16,016 bases of DNA from a bacterium (GTDB taxonomy: Bacteria > Sysuimicrobiota > Sysuimicrobiia > Sysuimicrobiales > Humicultoraceae), in the NCBI GenBank assembly GCA_041497675.1, contig JBGQGY010000090.1, forward strand, positions 1 through 16,016, written 5' to 3'. Of this stretch, positions 1 to 8,327 are shown one piece after another; the first letter of the stretch is position 1, and the number at the start of each line of letters is the position of its first letter. Both the position numbers and the translations under genes were made by a program. The notes beneath the pieces are model-generated. The model was not told where the DNA came from. It worked only from the letters and a program-made list of their open reading frames with translations, and did no database searches.

Positions 1-2
1 CC

Positions 3-956
3 GTCGCCGCCCACTGCGGGCGGTGTCACTCTGAGCAGGGGTTTCTGGTGTGGCTGCGGCAACTCCAGGCGGGCAACCCCGGACTCATCGTCAAGCCCGA
101 TGGGTCGCCGGCGGATGTGCCGTATCTTGCGAGTCTCGGGCTGACCCGGTTCAGCGTGAGACCGCAGACCTGCACCACGTGTCATCAGACGGACTACAGT
201 GTGCGCCAGGTTGCGACGACCCCGATGCTGCCCGCCGGATTCCGCGCGATTGGCGTGGGGCTGGGCGCGCAGTGCATGCTCTGCCATAATACCCGGAACG
301 GCGCCGCCATCTGGAACCAGGCCGATCCTGGGCGATATACGGCCCCCCACGTCGCGGCTCAGGCCGACGTGATCATGGGAAAGAACTCCTACTTCCTGGA
401 CTACGGGAACAATTTTATCTCGCCGCACGCGAGCTTTACCGGTGACTCGTGCGTGACCTGTCACATGCGCTTCAGCAAGGAGCCACACACGTTCAAGGTC
501 GATCCGGCGGCCGTCTGCTCGCGCTGCCATGGCGCCGACATGAACGCGTCCCGCGTGCAGGGCTCTACCAAGGCGCAGCTCAATGAACTGGAACGGGCCA
601 TCAAGGCCAGGATCATGGGTGCCAAAGAGCGGATTCGGGTCGTCCGAGCCTGGGATCCCAAATCCGACAACTACACCGACAGCGTGCAGGTCGATCCGGC
701 GTCGATCGCCTCGGTGGACCTGCAGGAGATCCACGGACAGCAGGGCGTCAAGCTAAACCTGAGCGGCGGGCGCGCGCTTTACGCCGAGATGGGTGGACTC
801 AATGATGCCTCCGGCCGGCCGTCGTTTGCCACCAGCGACCCGGTCGTACGGGCAGGCTGGAACTACTACCTGATCCACGGTGACGGCTCATTCGGCGTGC
901 ACAACCCGCGGTTCGTCCGGCAGGTGATCCTGACCACGCTGGACGCGCTGAAGTAG
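3..956 (+). CDS. Multiheme cytochrome c, 5'-truncated (C-terminus resembles NrfA/OcwA/OmhA-like c552 fold)
   Basis: Frame is open from the window edge (VAAHCGRCHSEQGF...). Five CxxCH visible (CGRCH, CTTCH, CMLCH, CVTCH, CSRCH). Helical C-terminus with WNY...DGSFGVHNP motif. TAG stop at 954-956. Confidence 0.85.
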   Translation, partial: VAAHCGRCHSEQGFLVWLRQLQAGNPGLIVKPDGSPADVPYLASLGLTRFSVRPQTCTTCHQTDYSVRQVATTPMLPAGFRAIGVGLGAQCMLCHNTRNGAAIWNQADPGRYTAPHVAAQADVIMGKNSYFLDYGNNFISPHASFTGDSCVTCHMRFSKEPHTFKVDPAAVCSRCHGADMNASRVQGSTKAQLNELERAIKARIMGAKERIRVVRAWDPKSDNYTDSVQVDPASIASVDLQEIHGQQGVKLNLSGGRALYAEMGGLNDASGRPSFATSDPVVRAGWNYYLIHGDGSFGVHNPRFVRQVILTTLDALK

Positions 957-969
957 AACCGGCGGACGA

Positions 970-2292
970 CTATGAGGGGGGCGCCGGGCCGGGCAGGGCC
1001 TTTACCTTGAGATAGAGGCCCAGCGCCAGTACTGCCAGCACTGCCAGCGCCAAGACGAGCCCCCGCCGCCGGAAGTCGATCTCGGCCAGACCGGCCCGCC
1101 CCAGGTCGGCGGCCCGCTGGCTGAGTCCTACGCCTTCGGTCGCCGCGGTCTGGACTTCTCGGAGCGACAGGCTGTGCACCAGGTTGCGCGCCATGATGAG
1201 CTGCGTCTGCGCATCGCTGAGGGGTAGCTTCGCGTCGGTCATGTCCATGCCCGCGTTTTCGGCGCGGGCCACAACCTCAGACGCCGAGGCCATGCTGCTC
1301 TTGAGGTCTTCCAGCGCCGTCCGGATGGTTTTCGCGGCGGTTCCACCCTTACTCGTCTCGGTATGACACTGGACGCAGACGGCCGGCGCGGTTGCTCCCA
1401 CCATGGCATCCGACGGCTGGACGATCCGGTGATTGCTGTGGCAGACCGTGCACTGCGGGAGCCCCATGGCCTGATAGGCTGCTTTGTGGGGGCTGCGAAC
1501 GAAGAGGTCGCGCTGTGAGCTGTGGCACTGCGCGCAGACGTTGGCGACCGACGAGACGCCCGGTGGCACAGCGCCATGGTTGCCGTGGCAGTCGTTGCAG
1601 GCCGGTGCTTGTTTGCTGCCCCGCTTGAGCAACGCATCTGCGTGGATGCTGGCCCGATACTCGGCGTACTGCGTCGTGGCGATCCCGTAGGGCTTCATGT
1701 ACTGCGCGTCGGCGTGACAGCGCGCGCAGGTGGCCGGCACGTTCGTCCGAAACACGGGCGACTTGCTATCGGATACGGCCAAGATCGGGTGTACACCATG
1801 GCAGGAGATACAGGTGGCCACCCGCGTGTCCCCCTTCGCCAGCTTCTGGCCGTGGACGCTGGTGAGGAAACGGGCGACCTCATCGGTCGGGATCTTCGGG
1901 TTGAACTTGCGCATCACTTCTGGGTTGGAATGACAACTCCCGCAGAGCGCCGGGAGTTGCGCGGGCTTCGGCTTGCCCACGAATCCCTTCTTGGGATCCA
2001 TCGCCTCCATGCCCGGAGCCTTGGGATCGCCCCCATGGCAGGCCGAGCACGAGAAGCCGCGCTTCACGTGGATGTCGTCGGCGATGCGCAGCGCCGGCGC
2101 GGCCAGGCGCCCTCCGAGGTTGCGATGGCAGTCGATACAGCTGTCAGATGGCGCGGTCTGGGGCGCTGGAGTGACCGGGGACGCGGGAGGAGCCGCCGGC
2201 GAGGCCGGCGCCGCGGGGGTCGACTGCGGACGGACAACCCAGAGTCCCCCGACCATCAGTGCCAGGAGTGCCCACCGCGTGAAGAGGCGCAT
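970..2292 (-). CDS. Membrane-anchored nonaheme cytochrome c
   Basis: N-terminal hydrophobic signal, Pro/Ala linker, nine CxxCH (CIDCH, CSACH, CGSCH, CISCH, CARCH, CNDCH, CAQCH, CTVCH, CVQCH), Ala-rich helical stalk, C-terminal TM helix (GLVLALAVLAVLALGLYL). Starts 6 bp after the cytochrome b stop. Confidence 0.92.
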   Translation of the reverse strand: MRLFTRWALLALMVGGLWVVRPQSTPAAPASPAAPPASPVTPAPQTAPSDSCIDCHRNLGGRLAAPALRIADDIHVKRGFSCSACHGGDPKAPGMEAMDPKKGFVGKPKPAQLPALCGSCHSNPEVMRKFNPKIPTDEVARFLTSVHGQKLAKGDTRVATCISCHGVHPILAVSDSKSPVFRTNVPATCARCHADAQYMKPYGIATTQYAEYRASIHADALLKRGSKQAPACNDCHGNHGAVPPGVSSVANVCAQCHSSQRDLFVRSPHKAAYQAMGLPQCTVCHSNHRIVQPSDAMVGATAPAVCVQCHTETSKGGTAAKTIRTALEDLKSSMASASEVVARAENAGMDMTDAKLPLSDAQTQLIMARNLVHSLSLREVQTAATEGVGLSQRAADLGRAGLAEIDFRRRGLVLALAVLAVLALGLYLKVKALPGPAPPS

Positions 2293-2298
2293 CGCTCC

Positions 2299-3351
2299 CT
2301 ACGGGACCAGGTATCCGTAGATCGTCATTCCGGCCATGTACAACACGGCGAACACGGCTATGACCAGGGCGATCCGGCGCGCCCGCGTTTTCTGGTCTCC
2401 GCGGTCCAGCAACGGGACGGCCAGCAGCGCCAACGCGGCCAGCGTGAAGCCGAGGATGCCCAGGCGCTCGCCCTCAATGCCCAGCACGTGCGAGGGGATC
2501 AGTTTGAGAGTCTGAAACATGAACACGAAGTACCACTCGGGCCTGATACCCGCGGGGGCGGGCGCGAGCGGATCCGCCTTCTCGCCCACCGGCCACGGCA
2601 GCAGCACCGCAAGCACGGCCAGCACGCCGATCGTTATCACCCAGACGATCGCCTCTCTCAACGCGAACTGTGGGACAAACGGGTGCGCCCGACCCGGTCC
2701 TCGCTCGTCTGCACGGCTCATCCCGTGCAACTGCACAAGGAAGATATGGAGCGCGAGGGTGATCCCTATGAGTGCCGGCAAGATCGCCACGTGGATGCCG
2801 AAGAAGCGGCTCAGCGTGGCTTGCGTGACGTCCTCGCCGCCGCGGAGCAACACGAGCAGGACGTGGCCCACCACAGGCACCGCGCCGACGATTTCCGTCC
2901 CAACTTTCGTCGCGAAATAGGCCAGCGTGTTCCACGGCAGCAGGTAGCCGGTGAAGCCGAAGCCGAGGGTGAGAAAGAGCAGGAGCGCACCCGACATCCA
3001 TGTGAGCTCGCGGGGGCGGCTGTACGCGCGCACAAAGAACGACCCGAACATGTGGGCGAAGACCCAGAAGACCATCAAGTTGGCCGCCCAACTGTGGATC
3101 GACCGCACCAGCCATCCGAAGGGCACCTTGGCCATGATGAACCGCACGCTCTCGTGCGCGGCTTCGGCCGTCGGCCGGTAGTACATGAGCAGGAGGAGTC
3201 CGGTGACCACTTGGATGAGGAACAAGAACAGCGTGATCCCACCGAAGTAGTAGACATACCAATGGCGGTTGATCGGAACGCTCTTGTGGCGCAGGAAGTC
3301 GTCGGCGGCACGCCACTTGAGCCGATCCTCGAGCCAAGTACCGAGACTCAT
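2299..3351 (-). CDS. qcrB: Cytochrome b subunit of a Rieske/cytochrome b complex (unsplit b6+subunit IV type, ~350 aa)
   Basis: FGG...TGLLL..YY.P, RSIH-x13-H, PRELTW.SG, GFTGYLLPW, RFFGIH-x14-H and the Qo-site PEWY motif. Start moved to ATG 3351 (MSLGTWLEDRL), 8 bp after the Rieske stop. Confidence 0.93.
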   Translation of the reverse strand: MSLGTWLEDRLKWRAADDFLRHKSVPINRHWYVYYFGGITLFLFLIQVVTGLLLLMYYRPTAEAAHESVRFIMAKVPFGWLVRSIHSWAANLMVFWVFAHMFGSFFVRAYSRPRELTWMSGALLLFLTLGFGFTGYLLPWNTLAYFATKVGTEIVGAVPVVGHVLLVLLRGGEDVTQATLSRFFGIHVAILPALIGITLALHIFLVQLHGMSRADERGPGRAHPFVPQFALREAIVWVITIGVLAVLAVLLPWPVGEKADPLAPAPAGIRPEWYFVFMFQTLKLIPSHVLGIEGERLGILGFTLAALALLAVPLLDRGDQKTRARRIALVIAVFAVLYMAGMTIYGYLVP

Positions 3352-3359
3352 GGGCGCGG

Positions 3360-3806
3360 CTAGGCTGTGCGGGTGACGACGATGTCGTTCCCCTTGACCG
3401 TCACACCGAACTCCGCGAGCGGCCTGGGCGGCGGGCCCGACAGTACCTGCCCGCTCAGCGGATCGTAATGACCGTCGTGGCATGCGCACCAGATGTGCCC
3501 GAAGTCGCCCCGGTACTGCACCGTGCAGGACAGATGCGTGCACACGGCGCTGAAGGCTTTGTAGGTGCCCTGCGAGGTGTGCACGAGGAGCGCCGGCTTG
3601 CTACCGAAGAGGAAGACTTTGCCCGAGTTCGGCTGCACGTCACCCACCTTGGCGGCCACGATGCTCCCCGCTGAGACTTCCTTGACCTGAGGCGGGATCA
3701 AGTACCGGATGAGAGGATACAGGACCGTGCCGGCGAGGGCGGCCAGGCCGGCGCCGAGCAGATAGTCGGCCAGCGTTCTGCGGGTGATCCGCGGGGCTTT
3801 CACCAC
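3360..3806 (-). CDS. qcrA: Rieske [2Fe-2S] subunit of the Rieske/cytochrome b complex
   Basis: TRRTL twin-arginine followed by a TM anchor. Box I CTHLSC, box II CACHDGHY, C-terminal GPPPRPL. Confidence 0.93.
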   Translation of the reverse strand: MVKAPRITRRTLADYLLGAGLAALAGTVLYPLIRYLIPPQVKEVSAGSIVAAKVGDVQPNSGKVFLFGSKPALLVHTSQGTYKAFSAVCTHLSCTVQYRGDFGHIWCACHDGHYDPLSGQVLSGPPPRPLAEFGVTVKGNDIVVTRTA

Positions 3807-3818
3807 ACGTGCCCTGTT

Positions 3819-6800
3819 CTAGGCCTTGACCACCCTGACCTTCGTATCGTAGAAGACCGCACTCCCCCCGATCTGGTCGGTGAGGCAGGTATTCGCAAGC
3901 TGAGGGTCGGTGCGGAAGACGGCATTCGCGTGAACCCCGGTCCGCCGGCGCGGATCGCCCTTGACGACCCGTCCGTCAATGACGACATCGGAAGCGCCAC
4001 TGGCCCAGTGCCCGTAGCCGACTGCGAAAGTGATGACGCCGGGCCGAATGCCTTCGGTGAGTTTGATCTTGCCGACGATCGGAATCCGCCGGCCGTTTTT
4101 CAGGTCCCACTCACCGCGCGGGTTCGTCGCTGATGAGATCCGCACACGGTCACCGTCGTTGAGGTTCCGCGCTTTCGCATCCTTCGCGTGCATGTAGATC
4201 AGGTTCTCCGGCAGGATGCTCGTCAGCCAGTAGTTGGTGATCGTTCGGCTCTTCGTGTGGAGGATGACGCGGTTCGTAATGAGGTTCAGATCGTAGCCCG
4301 CTGCGTCGTCGCGAATGGGCCGGCCCTGGCTGTCCGCCACGGGATGATACCCAGGGGTCCCAGAGAAGTACTTGCCGCTGAACGCGTTCTTGCTCGTGGC
4401 CACCTTCTCGAGGTAGAGGTTGACCAAGTTGCCGTAGTGACCTCGCAGCTTCTCGCCGTCGAAGGCCCCCTCGTATTCCATGAAGCGACCGCCGCGGTTC
4501 AGGACGTACACGATCTTCTTCCACCAGCGCTCGCCCGCGGCCGCCCGCCAGCGGTCTGGATCGAAGACCGATCTGGGCAGATGCTGACGGGCCGCCAGAA
4601 AGATGCGTTCCTCCTCCGGGGAGGCGTCTGGCACCTCGTCCCCGGCCCGGTCTCCGAACGCGACGTTCGCCGCTTCGCGAACGTAGAAGTCATCGGGCCG
4701 CAGGAGGTCTTGCCCGGGGCCGAACGCGTCGTTGCCAAATCCCGGAAGTCCGAGTTTCTCGGCGATCCCCAGCATCAACGCTTCAAACGACGCCGGCATC
4801 TCCTCGCCGAAGACACGCACTGACCGCGTCAGGGGCGCGATGACGGGGCTGTAGGCCGGCGCTACCTTGGGGAGCACGCTCGGGTGCGTCCCGTGGAAAT
4901 CCCACCGCTCGAGGTAGGTGACGTCGGGGAAGATGTAGTCGGCGTACATGGACGTCGGTCCGATCAAGATGTCACTGGCGATGACCAGCGGGATCTTGGT
5001 GGGATCGGCCAGGATCTCGATGTTGGTATGACCCGCCGGCAGCGAGTAGGTGGGCGCGGCCGTGTACAACAGGACGATCTTGATCGGGTAGGGATAGCCT
5101 TCGGCCGCCGACGGCAGGGTCTCCTGGTAGATGTCGCTCGCCATGGGGTACCACTGGCGCTTCGCCGGGTAGCCTTTGAACAGGGTCGAGTCTTCGTACT
5201 TCTCCTCCGTCCGGATCAGTGGCGTGCCAAACGGGGTGTTCCGGTTGGGGTGCATCGAGCGGACGTTGAACGGCGCGCCGGGCCGGCCACCGGCCTGGTC
5301 GTAGGCGCTCGCCCACGCCGATCCGCCCCTCCAGTCATAGTTGCCCACGAGCGTATTCAATGCGTACCACGTGAAGCAGTTGTAGAAGCCGTTCGTATGC
5401 TGGCTGCAGCCGCGGTGGAGATCGACGGCGGCCCGCTTGCCGTGGCTGGTGAACTCCTTGGCCAGTTCAACGATGTCCTCTGCGGACACACCCGCCAGCG
5501 CGGCCCAACCGGCGATGGAGCGCATGCTCGCCTCCTCGTACAGGAGCTGCATCGCGCTCTTCGCCTGGATGCCGCCGACGAATGTGTCGACCAGCAGGTC
5601 GCCCTCGACTGTGGTGCGGGTGTCGTAGGGATCAACGGCAACCGGCCTCCCATCCTTCAGGACGACGAAGAGATCGCGGTCGGAGAGCCCGACCTCAGAC
5701 GCCCGCAGAAACTTCCCAGGGTGTCCCTCCTCGATCTTCACCAACCATGAGGCGTTGCTCCACGTCGGTTCGCCGTCGGCCGTGGCCGCGGCACGGTTGG
5801 CATTGGCCAGGTACTTCGAATCGAACCGCCGTTGCTCGATGACCCACCGGATCATGCCGAGCGCGATAGCGGCCTCGGTGCCTGGCTTGTTGGGCAACCA
5901 CTTCCACGCCTTGCTGGCCGACCGCGAGAATCGGGGATCGACGACCGCGATCTTGAGGCGACCGGTGACGATACCTTTCGTCAGCTTGCCGGCGCGCAGC
6001 GGCGGGCCGTAGTTGGCTTCCAGGGGATTGGCGCCGACGAAGATGAGAAACTCGGCGTGCTCCGTGTCCGCCTGCCAGTAGAACTTGCGGCCCCCGGTCC
6101 ATGTGCCGCCGCTGTATTGGTCGCTCATCGCCTTGCCTGTGAAGTAGAGCGACCCCTGGCAGACCGTGGTGTGGCCGAGCCGGTTGATCGTCCCGAAGGC
6201 GTCGCCGGCGAACCGGGTCACGAAGTCGCCGCGGCCGCCCTTCTCCCGACCCTTCCAGTAGACGAACTGGTTGTTCTTGGGCCCGAGATCCGGATGGTCG
6301 GGGTCGATCAGCGTGTGGAGATGATCCCGGTACTTGCGCTTGAACTCCTCGACGGTCATCCTTTTCTGCTTGACCACCGCGACATCCGCCGCCATCGACC
6401 GGGCCACGTTCGGGTCGCGGAGTGCGTACACGTCCTTGAAGCCTTCAATCACACGGTTCTCCTCGCCAGGGATATTGGCGAAGAGCCGGCCGCCCGTGAC
6501 GATCTCGCTGATGGCCTGATCGAAGGGGATGGTCTTCCACTTGTTCGATCCTCTGGGACCGGCCCGCTTGAGCACCGTGCGGATCCGATATGGGTCGTAG
6601 ACGGTCTGGATGCCCGCCTGGCCCTTGGGACAGATCGTCCCGGTCACAGGTGCCAGGTCTCCGATCGGCGTCGTGTAGGGAAGATGCGGAGCCATGGTCC
6701 ACGGGCTCAGCGGATTGCCGTCGATCTTGACCGCCACGCCCCGGTCGAGGCTCACCTTGATCCCGCACCCCGTGTTGCACTGCAGGCAGACGGTGTAGAG

Positions 6801-6971
6801 GGTATTCTCCGGTTTGCCGTAGGGATACGCAGCAGTACCGTCCGCGGCCTCAGCAGGGAGTATGGTGCGCAGGGTGTTCGAGATCCGGCTGTAGGCAGCC
6901 GCGCCTCCGAGGAGGGCGGCCGAGGCGAACAACCCGCGGCGGCTTACCCTTTCCGATGTCTTCCGTGGCAT
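3819..6971 (-). CDS. Tat-exported Mo/W-bisPGD oxidoreductase catalytic subunit, TtrA/SrdA (tetrathionate reductase-like) family
   Basis: 1050 aa; SRRGLF Tat motif; FS0 motif CLQCNTGC-x44-CPKG; DPYR...LKRAGPRG..KW; likely Mo ligand Cys in GHTTVCQG; DYIFPD.TYLERW; C-terminal molybdopterin dinucleotide-binding domain (GYGHW). GGGAGGGAG RBS upstream. Substrate cannot be determined from sequence. Confidence 0.88.
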   Translation of the reverse strand: MPRKTSERVSRRGLFASAALLGGAAAYSRISNTLRTILPAEAADGTAAYPYGKPENTLYTVCLQCNTGCGIKVSLDRGVAVKIDGNPLSPWTMAPHLPYTTPIGDLAPVTGTICPKGQAGIQTVYDPYRIRTVLKRAGPRGSNKWKTIPFDQAISEIVTGGRLFANIPGEENRVIEGFKDVYALRDPNVARSMAADVAVVKQKRMTVEEFKRKYRDHLHTLIDPDHPDLGPKNNQFVYWKGREKGGRGDFVTRFAGDAFGTINRLGHTTVCQGSLYFTGKAMSDQYSGGTWTGGRKFYWQADTEHAEFLIFVGANPLEANYGPPLRAGKLTKGIVTGRLKIAVVDPRFSRSASKAWKWLPNKPGTEAAIALGMIRWVIEQRRFDSKYLANANRAAATADGEPTWSNASWLVKIEEGHPGKFLRASEVGLSDRDLFVVLKDGRPVAVDPYDTRTTVEGDLLVDTFVGGIQAKSAMQLLYEEASMRSIAGWAALAGVSAEDIVELAKEFTSHGKRAAVDLHRGCSQHTNGFYNCFTWYALNTLVGNYDWRGGSAWASAYDQAGGRPGAPFNVRSMHPNRNTPFGTPLIRTEEKYEDSTLFKGYPAKRQWYPMASDIYQETLPSAAEGYPYPIKIVLLYTAAPTYSLPAGHTNIEILADPTKIPLVIASDILIGPTSMYADYIFPDVTYLERWDFHGTHPSVLPKVAPAYSPVIAPLTRSVRVFGEEMPASFEALMLGIAEKLGLPGFGNDAFGPGQDLLRPDDFYVREAANVAFGDRAGDEVPDASPEEERIFLAARQHLPRSVFDPDRWRAAAGERWWKKIVYVLNRGGRFMEYEGAFDGEKLRGHYGNLVNLYLEKVATSKNAFSGKYFSGTPGYHPVADSQGRPIRDDAAGYDLNLITNRVILHTKSRTITNYWLTSILPENLIYMHAKDAKARNLNDGDRVRISSATNPRGEWDLKNGRRIPIVGKIKLTEGIRPGVITFAVGYGHWASGASDVVIDGRVVKGDPRRRTGVHANAVFRTDPQLANTCLTDQIGGSAVFYDTKVRVVKA

Positions 6972-6986
6972 GTCGCTCTCCCTCCC

Positions 6987-7949
6987 CTATCGGCCGTGGC
7001 AGGTCTGGCAGGATTCCGGCGTGCTGACTGGCATCGTCTGGCGCGAGGCTGCGCCAACGTAGAAGATCCTCGGCTCGGTGCCGCGGCTCTCGTTGACGCG
7101 CATCGTCTTCTCCCGCGACCGCAACTCAGACACCAGGCTCTCGATGTCGTTGGCGTCGCCGAAGTACATCGCCCCGCCGATGCACGTCGCCACGCACGCG
7201 GGCAGCAGGCCTGCCTCAATCCGCTGGAGGCAGAAGTGGCACTTGCGGCCGGCGCCGATGGGCAGCGCCCCGTCAATGCGGGTCCAGACCTTGCCGTATT
7301 CCACATGGGGACGCGTCTCGTAGGCCTGGCGGGCCGGGGTACCGTCGGTCCAGTAGCGACCCTCATCGAAGTAGAGCGCCTTGTAGGGACAGGCCTTCCG
7401 GGCTGCGACGAAAGCCTTCCGGCCAAACTTCTGGTAGTCGACGGTGACGATCCCGTCGGGACGCTTGGCCATCGAGCCGGGACTGACCGCGTTGGCGGCC
7501 GGGAGGCAGGGTGGCTTGTCGCACTGCTGGCAGTTCGTCGGCATGAATGACGCCTGCACGTTGGGGAACTCTCCGGATTCCACTTTGGGTACGGTCCGGT
7601 AGGAGACACCCGGCGGCAGGCCGTTCTCTGCGGTGCAGGCGACCGTGCACGCGTCGCAGCCGATGCACCGGCGGGCGTCGATGACCATGGCCCACTTGCG
7701 CTGCTCGACCGGTTTCGCCAGCGTTCGGTAGAGGTCGCGCTGCATCCTCACGATCTGATGCTCACCGGGTTTGGGATCTCGAATGGCCGTCGGCACAGGA
7801 GGAGCGGCATTCGCCTGTCGTCGCGGGACCGCCCCGGTCAGGACACTCACACTGCCCAGAGCAATCGCAGCCGAAGTGCCCTTCTTGAGAAAAGCGCGCC
7901 GCTTCATGGGCGGCGCCTCCTGAACTGGGCCTGCAGTTTCCCTCGCCAC
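6987..7949 (-). CDS. TtrB/DmsB-like Fe-S electron transfer subunit, atypical (three clusters predicted; C-terminal CxxCH)
   Basis: KRRAFLK Tat motif; WAMVID..RCIGCDACTVAC; CQQCDKPPC; CPY; KCHFC..RI..GLLPACVATC; GTEPRIFY. GTG 7949 and ATG 7907 both have a GGAGG RBS. Confidence 0.9.
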   Translation of the reverse strand: MARETAGPVQEAPPMKRRAFLKKGTSAAIALGSVSVLTGAVPRRQANAAPPVPTAIRDPKPGEHQIVRMQRDLYRTLAKPVEQRKWAMVIDARRCIGCDACTVACTAENGLPPGVSYRTVPKVESGEFPNVQASFMPTNCQQCDKPPCLPAANAVSPGSMAKRPDGIVTVDYQKFGRKAFVAARKACPYKALYFDEGRYWTDGTPARQAYETRPHVEYGKVWTRIDGALPIGAGRKCHFCLQRIEAGLLPACVATCIGGAMYFGDANDIESLVSELRSREKTMRVNESRGTEPRIFYVGAASRQTMPVSTPESCQTCHGR

Positions 7950-8034
7950 CTTGGCACCTCCGGATACAACAACTGCCGACGATGCACGTCAGACGACCTG
8001 TACATCGTCCAAGGGACTGCGGGTAGTGGACTTG

Positions 8035-8080
8035 TAGTACTTTCGAGCCAATGCTACCTTGGGGTACTCCGCCCAAGGTA
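8035..8080. promoter_or_regulatory. Candidate response-regulator binding sites upstream of the ttrB-like operon
   Basis: TAGTACTTTCGAGCCA (8035-8050) matches 13954-13969 at 11/16. Perfect inverted repeat TACCTTGGG-N8-CCCAAGGTA at 8055-8080. Confidence 0.4.
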
Positions 8081-8102
8081 TCGGACGTTGAGAGGATTTT
8101 CG

Positions 8103-8276
8103 GATCGCTCGGTCCGAGGGAGCAGCGCTTCTCGCAAATTCCTGACAGGGGCAATCAACCACTTTCTGACTCCCAATCAAATCGGGGCAGATGGGCTCAA
8201 GATCGGTCGGTGGACTGATGACAGGGGGCACCGGGAGCGCTAATATGCTTATGAGCGCATATAAGCATAACCTGGT
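8103..8276 (+). repeat. Direct repeat copy 1 (~174 bp)
   Basis: Aligns with 8533-8707. 47 bp are perfectly identical (8114-8160 vs 8544-8590); few differences over the first ~130 bp, more divergent at the 3' end. Confidence 0.95.
8218..8269 (+). promoter_or_regulatory. Sigma70-like promoter overlapped by a putative ArsR operator
   Basis: ATGACA (8218-8223)-17 bp-TAATAT (8241-8246). Palindromes ATATGC-N8-GCATAT (8243-8262) and TATGCTTAT-N8-ATAAGCATA (8244-8269). Confidence 0.65.
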
Positions 8277-8327
8277 CAGGGCCGGTGAGGCGGACACACC
8301 TGTACCTTGGCGGAGGGAGGAGCGACT

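Noticed and set aside
2150..2222. Pro/Ala-rich quasi-repeat (PAAPASPAAPPASP)
   Set aside because: Ordinary low-complexity linker after the signal peptide.
1522..3363. 613-aa plus-strand ORF (also 5832-7550, 4884-5750 and 13829-14974)
   Set aside because: Antisense shadows of well-supported minus-strand genes in GC-rich DNA; no recognisable motifs.
3352..3543. N-terminal extension of cytochrome b in the ORF track (likewise 12332-12526, 13858-14025 and 10867-10932)
   Set aside because: These extensions overlap neighbouring genes. Downstream starts fit family N-termini, RBS positions or translational coupling better.
3819..6971. Calling the molybdoenzyme ArrA, ArxA or AioA because of the ars genes and the Rieske gene
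   Set aside because: Size, FS0 spacing (x44) and motifs fit the TtrA/SrdA clade. The Rieske protein is paired with a PEWY cytochrome b, so it is a bc-type subunit and not AioB.
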